A stretch of DNA of 64,000 bases, taken from contig CAVNZM010000014.1 of NCBI GenBank assembly GCA_963693365.1, forward strand, positions 5,022,001-5,086,000, in the 5' to 3' direction. The position numbers and the translations under genes were made by a program. Positions within the stretch are counted from its first letter, which is position 1; each line of letters begins with the position of its first letter. Under the pieces are notes generated by a model, which was given only the letters and a program-made list of their open reading frames with translations, was not told the DNA's origin and searched no databases. Positions 53,478 to 64,000 of the stretch are shown here, one piece after another. The stretch is from Amoebidium appalachense. Its lineage: Eukaryota > Protista > Ichthyosporea.

Positions 53478-54146
53478 GAACCCCCCCAAATAACACACAC
53501 AAACACACACACACAAGGTCACTTCGAACAATAGTCATTCTATGCAAATGATTCTTTTCAGTATGACCGAGGGTGTGGGTTTTGTAGGGAAATAGTTCCG
53601 TTGAAAAATGTAAAATAGTATGTGCTTGAATAGCGTAGCAGATCGAAATATCACTCTAGGTTTGTGGTGTGTGCGGGTGGTGATTATATCTGCATCTGTG
53701 ATGATAGATAAACCAAAGCATAAGCCACTTGGGGGGGGGGGGGGGGGGGGGGGGGGGATATAACCGAAATTTCGGGCGCATATTTTGTTAACGTGGATTG
53801 CACATGTTTTGTTAGCGTGCATTGCCCTACGGCTTCATCGGCTTTTATGTTCTTTTTTTCGGGATATGTTTTTTCCTTTAGCTTAAGTGTATGCAGCATA
53901 ATCTTTTTAGGGACATGTTGAGACCTTTCCTCTCTCTCAATTCCCATACCGCTTCTTTTTTTTGGGCAGCATATAGGTATGTTACAGTTTCAATTTGTGG
54001 ACTTGGCTTGTGTAATTTGTAAAATGTCGAAAGATGGGAACCGTATGATTGTAGCAAATTGTCACCTAACAGAATTGTGTGAGAGAGTTTGTGTAGCACT
54101 AGGGAGACTCATAGGTGTGCACACCCACAGGCTGAAAGGTACATTT

Positions 54147-54234
<88 letters not shown>

Positions 54235-54290
54235 CGCGTACGCGCGCGTACACGTACACGCACATTCTAGCTTCTGTGCACGTGCATCAT

Positions 54291-54343
<53 letters not shown>

Positions 54344-55044
54344 TCTAGCTTCTGTGCACGTGCATCATCATACACACACACACGTACGTGCACAAACACA
54401 GGCACACTCTATCGCACTACCTAGGTAAGTACACAAGGAAATGCGCATGCATTGATTTTGGCGCGCACACAAAATGTTGTATCAGAAATGATAGCCTTGA
54501 AATTTCACACAGTCTGTGGGTTGAAAAGTATATTTGCTTATAATATGTATGATTTACCATAAAGTTGTTACTGTACCAATGCATATATATGGAGTAACTG
54601 ATTAATCAGTATTGTCGATACACATAGGTCGAGATAAATGAACGTAAAGACGCATAACATGGCTACTTGCAGCTACAAAATCAACTTGGACCAATGACGC
54701 ACATAAATACACTGAATACAATGCGGTGAAACATCTACCATGATAACCGGCCAATCAGCAGCGCAGTCTGTTCCTAAGCGCACTCAGCCTGCTACAGTGA
54801 AGAAAGGCCACTGCTGCAGAATCCTTGCAAGTCACAGTAGCAGAGATGTGGCACCAATCTGGAATGAAATTGTTACAGGTGCACAGGAGGGACTGCTGCA
54901 CCCTTTTCAAACACCCTTCACGTACACTTGATCGTGCAGAAGGTGCACTAGTGTGGATGATGGTGATGGTAGCGAAAAGGAACACGGTGGCAATAGAGGC
55001 GGGTTCATAACAAATGTTTTTTTCTTTTTCTTTGTTTTTTCGTC

Positions 55045-55121
<77 letters not shown>

Positions 55122-55849
55122 AGGGGTGGCTGTTCGCAGTTTATTCAAAGCATACTCCTGTTTTCATGTATCCACAACATTGAACTAACAAAGTGAACGA
55201 ATACAGTTCCCAATATCAGGGTATGTCATTGATCTACACAATGCAATATTGGTGTACAGTTACTATAACAGGCAAGATGGTTTGTGTGAGTGTGTGTGTG
55301 TGCGCGCGCGCGTTGGCGTGAGGGTGGGCTGATATGGTACATGTGGATTCAAGCATTTGTTGCCATGTCTGAGCATGTGCATGTGTGTGTAAACGTGTAA
55401 ATGCTTGTATCTTGTTTTCGAATGTTCATGTGTTGTGTGTTGCCCGTATACACCCCCCCCCCCCCCCCCCCCCCAAACCACCAAGAAAGTGGTTAATTCT
55501 AAAAATAACATGTGCTACTACACCGACATTCACCGAGACATTCATTATCGTAGGCTCTACACACAACTAATAGTCAATATATACGCAGGTTGAAAGTTTG
55601 TACAAAAGCCAAACCACAGGAATAACACAAACAGAACCACAAACGGAATACGATGACAAAAACCCCAAATAACCAAAGGACAAAGACCCCGACTACTTCA
55701 ACCATATTGTGAAATCGTTCGAATTTCCCAAAACTTAAAGACATAATGGCCTGGTCATAGAGAAAAAAGGAATCTCGAATATACGCCATCTGACAAGTAT
55801 GAATAACGATATCGCTAGAGAGAGAGGGCTGATGAAAGGCGATACGTTC

Positions 55850-55949
<100 letters not shown>

Positions 55950-56241
55950 GCGCGCGTGTGCATGTATGTGTGTATATGTGTGTGTGCGCGCGCCTATCTG
56001 AGAATGCGATATTTCAATCACAAAAGCGTCTGGCTTTGACAGAGCGAGTACATGCGCGACTACGAACCGTAAACAAGATCACAACCACACCCTGTATACA
56101 TGTACACACTTGCGCACGCACGCGTTACGCATGTTTCTGTGTGCGCGCGCGCACACGTTATGCATGTTTCTGTGTGCGTGCGCACACGTTACGCATGTTT
56201 CTGTGTGTGTGTTGTGTGCTCTCAAGTGTGTTTACACGCAT

Positions 56242-56953
56242 TCACTGCCAGTCCTCCCTGGGCAGGCTGAAATCCCAGTACCCATCCTCATATCCCTTGT
56301 TGACGTGTTCAAGCAACACCTTTCGTCGCGTCTCACAGTACTGCCCCTTGTCGAGCACCTGTGTGCACACAAAAAACAAAAAAAAAAATAAAAAATAGAA
56401 ATAAAAAATGAGCACAAAAAAAAGTAATAAATAAAAAAAATAAAAAAAATAAAAAGATTAGAGACTATAGTCGAAATGGTAGTACTAGATGCCTCGCTCC
56501 TTTTAGTGTCTTTATCTGGTGCTCTCTTTACTATATCTGGCTCCCGGTGCCCTCTCCCGGGGAGAACGAGTTTCGTTTCTTTCTTTCTTTCTTTGATTTT
56601 CTTTTGTTGTTGTTGTTGTTGTTGTTGCGAGGAGAAGGAGGAGGGGAGGAGGGGAGGAGGAGGAGGAGGGGGGGGGGGGGGGGGGGGGAGGGCATTCATG
56701 GATATAGAGGCTGGAGGGAAGAGGCAAAGTGAACGAACTTATTACGTAGAGGTGTTCATTTCCCTAACACGTTTCGACACATAACCTTTCGTGTAATGTT
56801 CCCAAACATCCATTGTCTTATCTCTGCCCGGTCATCCACCTAGCCACCCGGCAACACACAGACACACACACACAACCTTCCCCCCCCCCCCCCCCCCCCC
56901 CCTACACACACACATCCATCCACCTGCCCACCCACACCCAACCATTCTCCCCC

Positions 56954-56984
<31 letters not shown>

Positions 56985-57137
56985 GCACACGCACACGCAC
57001 ACACACACACCTTCTGCTTGATGGATGCTATCTCGTCATCGCTCAGCTCCTGCTCCAGATACCCAGACAGCGTCTCCGTGGCCATCTCGAGATCCTTTAC
57101 AACGCAAAAACAACCAATCAGCCACGAGAATAATATA

Positions 57138-57205
<68 letters not shown>

Positions 57206-57607
57206 GACACCAGTCACTAAACATAGCCATACGGTACTATCCCTCCCCCCACCCCACTGCCGCCTGCCTCAACCGCGGGTGAGCACACCGAGAGCCCCGT
57301 GCTCATGTTGGTAGCATTTGTGCCAAACCTTTTTGTCCATGTGTTTGACGGTTGTCTCTTCTCCTCCCCCCCTCCCCCCCCCCCCCCCCCCACACACACA
57401 CACAAACTCCCGCTTACCCTCTGGTTGTCCTCGAAGATGGCCGACTGGTTGTTCTTGTTGAGGTAGAAGGCAAACACGTACGTGTACTTGAGGGTGTTGC
57501 GGCACTGCGACAGCGTGTCCACGGCCTTGCGCAGGAACTGCACCTCGATCCACGACATGCCGTGCTTCTGCGCATGTACGTGTGTGTGTACGTGTGTGTG
57601 TGTGTGC

Positions 57608-57638
<31 letters not shown>

Positions 57639-57797
57639 GGGGAAGGGGGGTTTGGGGTTGGGGGTTCAAGGGGTGAGAGAGAGCGTGTGGATGTGCGTGT
57701 GTGTGGTGGTGGTGGTGGTGGGAGGGTGTTAGTCAGTAAGTGAGTGAAAGTGTGTGTGCGTTTGTGTGTGTGTGTGTGTGTGTATGTCTGTGTGTAT

Positions 57798-57833
<36 letters not shown>

Positions 57834-57873
57834 CGGTGGTGGTGACTGTGTGTGTGTGTATGTCTGTGTGTAT

Positions 57874-57909
<36 letters not shown>

Positions 57910-57931
57910 CGGTGGTGGTGACTGTGTGTGT

Positions 57932-57976
<45 letters not shown>

Positions 57977-58723
57977 GGGGAGGGAGGGACAATGCGATGC
58001 TAAGTTTTGTGGTGTAAAAGGACCCACACGATGTTTATAATGATAGTATGTTCGTAACAGGGTTGCAACTAACGAAAACAAGGCCGTATCAAGTCGTCTC
58101 CCATCGCCTAGGTCCGAACAATCTGTTTGCGCACAACCCCCCCTCCCCCCTCCCCTTTTGCCCTTCGTTTTCTCTCTCTCCCTCTTCCCCCCCCCCCCCC
58201 CCCCCCCTCTTCTTTTTTGTGTGGTGGTGGTGGTGGTGATGGTCGGAAGGGGGGGGGGGGGGGGGGGGGGGGTTTGAATGCGTCAAAAAGTACGAAGTAC
58301 ACAAGAACAAACGGATAACACGATGCAGAATGCAAGCCATACATAAAGAGTATGCATAATAAGCAGAGCCCGTCCTCAGTGGGGGCCCACGTCATCCACA
58401 GTACCCGAGTTTCGACCTATTCCCCTCGTTAACGAAACCCAAGGGGGGTTATCTGGCATTTCAGAGCTTGTGTTTAGGTGTATGGATTTGTATTTGAGTG
58501 CGGGTATTATGACGGAGTTACGGCGTAAGGAAAGCAAAGTAGATGACAGAGTGGGTGAGTGGTGCGTGCCCTTGTCTGTGTTCGGAGCTGACGGGGGAGG
58601 GGGGCAGGGCGCCAGGGCGGGCAGCCGGGGGGGGGGGGGAGGGGAAGGGGGGGGGGAGGGGGGGGGAAGGGGGAGAGAAGGAGAGAAAGACAGGCAAGGA
58701 GGAAGAGGGGAGGGAGGGAGGGA

Positions 58724-58761
<38 letters not shown>

Positions 58762-59098
58762 CTCAATTTCAACTTACGACTTGCATCTCGTGCATCGTCT
58801 TTTCGACCTTCTCATAGAGGGCCTTTTCCATGCGGCCCGATGCGTCGTGGTTTGCATAGCGGTTGTAGTAGTGCAGGTAGCGCTCAAGGGACACGCGCGC
58901 ATGGCTCTGTGTGTGGAGGGGGTGGAAAAGCAAGTTAGAAGTGGGGGGGGGGGGGGGGGGGGGGAGAAAGAGAAAAAGGGGAGGAAAAAAAAAAAAGAAA
59001 GGGGGGGGGGGGGGGGGGGGGGGGGGGAAGGAGAAGAAGGAAAGAAAGAAAGAAAACAAAGAGGACAGTGCAGGAGAAGGCAGTTCAGAAAGGGAAGG

Positions 59099-59138
<40 letters not shown>

Positions 59139-59164
59139 GGGAGGGGGAAAAAAGGGTGTGTGTG

Positions 59165-59195
<31 letters not shown>

Positions 59196-59312
59196 CGTGT
59201 GTGTGTGCGCGCGTGCGTGTGTGGGGGGGGGGGGGGGGGGGGGGGGGGAAGAGGGGAAAAAAGGGTGTATGTGTGTGTGTGTGTGTGTGCGTGTGTGTGT
59301 GTTTGTGTGTGT

Positions 59313-59350
<38 letters not shown>

Positions 59351-60461
59351 ATGTGTGTGGCAGGGGGGGGGGGGGGAGAGGGAAACCAAGAAAAGAAAAA
59401 TGTGATGTACTCACCGACTCCTTTGCCTGGTTTGCGCCATCCTTCTTCTCGTCAAAGCGGTTGCAGTTGTACCAGCTGCTGCCGTGCGGCTCCCACGGCC
59501 CCATGCACACCCAGCAGAACTCGTACTTGCACGTCTGGCTGCAAATCACAAAGCAAATTAATAAAACGTACATATATATCAAAAAAACTAACCTTACTTG
59601 CACGTCTGGCTGTAAATTGAAAAACAACATTTAGTCCAAAAATACAAAAAATTGCAATTGATTTCCGATCAAAAATACACCGAACAATAATAACTTTCTT
59701 ATTTTGGCAATGGGGAAAGAGAAGGGCGGGAGGGAGGGGGTGGGGAGAGAGGGAGGGAGGGAGGGAGGGAGGAGGGAGGGGGGGGGGGGGGGAGAGAGAG
59801 AGAGTGAGAGAGAGAGGGGGGGGGGGAGAGAGGGTTGAGAGAGAGAGAGAGAGAGAGGGAGAGAGGGAGGGATAGAGAAAAAGGAGGAGCGAGGGAGAGA
59901 GGGAGTGTAAGCAAGTGAAGGGGAGTGAGAAAAAGAGAGAGAGAGGGAGAGAGGGAGAGAGGGAGAGAGACAGAGAGAGAGAGTGTGTGAGAGAAAGAGA
60001 GGGGGAGGGGCAGGAGGGCGGGAGAATTCGTGTGGGAGGGAGGAGAGGGAGGGGAAATGGAAAGGTGCCACAACCAGTAGCAGAAAAGGAGAGCAAATCC
60101 CTCCACACACACACACACACACACACATGTAAAACACCTAGCCGCAGCAAGTACACCCCTGACTCCATTTACGTACTTGCAGCCCCCCCCCCCCCACACA
60201 CCTCTCACCCCCCCCCCCCCCCCCTCCTTCCTCCCCCCCCCCCTCCCCCCCCCTCCCCCCCCTCCCCCCCCCCCCCCCCTCTCTTTCCCCCACCTCACCC
60301 CATCCCTCCACCGACCACCATCCAACCCCTCCCACCTTCTGCATGTCATGTGGTTGCAGCCACCATTTTTTTCGATGGTCGTCTGGCACTTTGGGCACTC
60401 CTAAAAAAGGTAACCAGAGCTTAGTTCATCGTCCACACTCCCTTAGAACAGCGACCAACCC

Positions 60462-60495
<34 letters not shown>

Positions 60496-60750
60496 ACACA
60501 CACACACTCTTTCCCCCATGTCATGAAACCCAAAAATAAATGACACTGGATCCTAAACAAACTGCAGTAGTTGCCCACCCATCCACATCCTGGCACAGGC
60601 ACACCACACAGAAACCATCCCCCCCCCCCCTCCCCCCCCCATCCCATCCAGCAAAAGGCACTACTATCCCCCCCCCCCCCCCCCCCCCCCCACTCTCCCC
60701 TCCATCTCTGACCACCTGCCCCCCCCCCCCCCCCCCCCCCCTCCCTCCCC

Positions 60751-60781
<31 letters not shown>

Positions 60782-61153
60782 GGGGGGGGGGGGAACCCTA
60801 CAAATTATATGAAGCCCCCCCCCCCCCCCCCCCCCCCCCCCAACCCAAAAAAAAAAAAAGTATATGAACCTCCCAACCTCCCCCCCCCCCCCCCCATCCA
60901 AACCTCGCCAAACACCAAACACCCACACCGTACAATCACAAATCAATCGTCACCCATAAAAAAGCATCCCCCCCCCCCCCCCCCCCTCTTTCCTCCCTCC
61001 CTCCATCTTCCTTGGTGCACAGTGCATCTTACCCACAACTACAGACCCAAGATGTTGCCACAACACATCTGTGTTTGCGGATATCCAGTTAGCGGCCAGA
61101 CGCCAAACCCTCGGCACCACAATCACAAAGCATTTGTCAAACACACAAGAGGA

Positions 61154-61185
<32 letters not shown>

Positions 61186-62342
61186 TTCCCCTCCCTTCCT
61201 TGACCACAGTACACCCACTTACCACAGCATACCCCAACAGACTGCCATACATTACCTTTGTGTTTGCGGATATCCAGTTGGCCGTCTCGCTGTCATCCGC
61301 ACACTTCTTGAGCCACTTCTTGAGCATGCCGCACTTGACTGGGTCGTGTGGCTGCTGCAGGCACCCAAAGCTATGGCAAAAACAAACAACGTCAGATACA
61401 TTGTGTCAAACCTCCTGACTGTATATGAAAAAGTCTCCCCGATCTCCCCTCCCCCCCCCCCCCCCCCCCACCACACACACACGCCCCCATTCATCCACAC
61501 ACACACACACACACACACCAAAAATGATCCCCCCCCCCCCCCCCCCCCTCTCCACCCCACATACCCCATCCCTGCCCGCCCCCCGTCCCCAGTCCCCCCC
61601 CCCCCCCCCCCCCCCCCCCTCCTCCCCCTTTCTCCTCCTCAAGGCCCCCCCGCGGGGCGGCCTGCTGGCCTACCCGCCTCGCTTTTTTTTTAAAAACATG
61701 CACCTTCCAAAAAAAAAAAAAAAAAAAAAAAGTGTTCATTCTTCCTATGGCCAAAGGCACTTCACTTCGTTCGGCATGTGCGCAGGGGATCAGAAGAATT
61801 GGGTGAGTATAAATGGGAGTGCAATTACGGCTTTGCGAATGTGTGTGTGGTGTGTGTGTGTGTATGCTCGGGTGTGCGTGTGCATGTGCGTGTGCGTGCA
61901 TTTGTGTGCTCGGGTGTGTGTGTGAGCGTGTGTGCGCGTGTGTGTGCATGTGCGAGTGGTGCGTACAGAAAAAGGAATTAAGTTCCACCCACCAGAACAT
62001 GTTACCACACAGGCAGGTGATGGGTTTCGGTGCCGAGATGACGACCTTGGCCGCATTGTCACAGCCCGGCGCTGGGCACCACTTTACATGCTTGTTGACC
62101 TGCGGGCAAAAAGGGGGGGGGGGGAGGGGGGGGGGGGGGGGGGGGGAGAGGGGAGGGGGGGGGAGAGGGAGAGGGGGAGCAGTTAAATACAGCGAAAAAG
62201 GAATGATGCATACACGATGCAGGCATTGTGAGGCACACGCGCACACGCGCAGGCACGTACACTCACACACATACATACGGATGTCATGCGAACACACATG
62301 TTTGTTCGTGCATGCGCGCACATCTGTGTGTGTGTGTGGTGT

Positions 62343-62408
<66 letters not shown>

Positions 62409-63075
62409 TATGTGTTCGTGTGAGAACACATGTGTTTTGTACCAAATTGCGCAAGCAAGTCAGCGTGCTTACGCTTTCCCAAATCAACAAAGTTTACCCT
62501 ATCTCTGCAAATTACAGAATTGCTTATTTTTGGCGCAGGCACAGAAGCCAAGAACCAAAGAAAGGCAACAACCCCACCAACCAATTGAAAATAAAAGCCA
62601 GCCCCCCTCCCCCCCCCTTCCCTCCCCACGCCCGCAAGGAAAGACAAAGGAAGAACCGAAAGCAGCGTACTACACAGAACTTAACAAAATCATAAGACAA
62701 CCCAGTAGGAGCCAAAAAGAAAATCGGATCTGAAGCAGAGCCCACCATTAGTTTCTATGCCTCACCACGACATCCCCCCCCCCCCCCCAAAAAAAAAAAA
62801 AAACCACCGCCACCACTACCCAGCCCCCCTCCCATCGTGGCCCCCAACCCCACCTCCCTTCCTCCCTTTCTCTCCCCCCCCCCCCTTTTTTGGTGTGTGT
62901 GTGCATGTGTGCGTGCACGCAAGTGGGGGGGGGGGGGGGGGGGGGGGGGGGAGAGAGAGGGAGTTCTTTCTTACGCCCACAAAGGCCTTTGCGATAAGAT
63001 ATTGGTACTTCTTAAGCACGGCCGGGTCCTTCAGAAGATCAGATACGGTCAGCTCATCAACAAGAATGCTGCAGT
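56242..63075 (-). CDS. ARIH1: Ariadne-1-like RBR E3 ubiquitin ligase, 3' portion (IBR, RING2, Ariadne domain); 5' exons lie beyond the window
   Basis: Approximate exons 63075-62975, 62099-61993, 61371-61256, 60400-60336, 59538-59415, 58907-58776, 57568-57418, 57094-57011, 56358-56242. Peptides: [119 protein letters not shown]. Confidence 0.95.
58273..58442 (-). mobile_element. Dispersed structured intronic element, copy E (subfamily 2, 5'-truncated)
   Basis: The reverse complement matches the 3' 170 nt of copy D almost exactly. Lies in Ariadne intron 57569-58775, sense. Confidence 0.8.
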
Positions 63076-64000
63076 CTGTGTGAGTGGTGGCGTTAGAACA
63101 CATGTGCACACACACACACACACACGCACATGTACGGGCACACACAAACACGGCACAGATGCCCATGCCCATGCGCGCGCGCGCGCGCACACACACACAC
63201 ACAAACACGCATAGATCATGCCAGTAAGTACCTAACTACGAGCAAATTAGAGAAGATCAAAGTCATGAGAATAGGAATCGTAGATGGAAATAAATGGTTG
63301 TTGGCACAAAGAACGGAACAGAAAGAAAATATGCTCAATGGATCTAGATTGAAGGGAAGGAACAGGAATAGAGGAGAGTCTGTGTGTCCGTGTGCATGTC
63401 TGTGTGTTTGCGCGCAGGTGTGTGGTAGTTTTTGAAGGGGGGGGGGGGGGAGGGTGGATGAGGGTGTTGTTTGTTCGCTGTAGCCCGGAGTTCGACCATT
63501 AGATTACACAATTTGACGTAGAGGAGACTAGAAATGCAGGGGGGGGGGGGGGGGGGGGGGGGAGGGGGGGGGGGGGGGGAAGGTTTGCAATTGAAGCAGA
63601 ATGTACGCCGGCGGGAAGGGGAAAGAGGGGATGCAGTGAGTGAGCAGAAGCGGGAAGAGGAGAAGGCATGGTGACAACAGGTGGCTGGGACACACAAACC
63701 ACACCGCATACACGCACGTGCACCCGCGGCGTGGACGGACACACATGCGTGAATGCAAGCACACACACTAGCACCGAGCAGGTTGGGTGGGTGGGTGGGT
63801 GGGTGGAGTGGTGAGTGGTGAGTGGTGCTGTGCTGTGTATGTGTGAGCATATGTGCGTGTGCATATGTGTGTGTGTGTGTGTGTGTGGGTGGGGGTGTGC
63901 TCGCGCTTGCGTGCCTGTGTGTTTACATGTGCGAGCACACACATGTATGTCTGTGTGTTAAAGGGGGGTGGAGAATGCGTCAGGGAGAGCCAAGTATACA

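Overview
Eukaryotic, intron-rich genomic DNA saturated with poly-C/poly-G tracts and (CA)n/(GT)n/(GA)n microsatellites. Almost all long ORF-track entries (poly-P, poly-G, HT, CV) are translations of these repeats. Splicing GT-AG exons by hand gives six genes: a CX5R tyrosine/lipid phosphatase (-), a divergent DNA polymerase X-family protein lacking its first catalytic Asp (+), a BTB/POZ-WD40 protein (+), a large membrane protein with two catalytically degenerate GH18 domains, a mucin stalk, two TSP1-like repeats and a TM helix (+), a C2H2 zinc-finger factor (+), and the 3' part of an Ariadne RBR E3 ligase (-). The strongest unexplained signal is a dispersed ~240-270 nt element with four near full-length copies plus truncated or decayed ones. 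It folds into a multi-stem, probably pseudoknotted structure with compensatory changes and G-U pairs, ends in CATTCAA followed by poly-C, and every copy I could align lies in an intron in the host gene's sense orientation. Also notable are splice sites abutting microsatellites and decayed echo copies of exon junctions. The organism is not identifiable from the sequence; a unicellular opisthokont is a guess. Exon boundaries were read by eye and may be off by a few bases.
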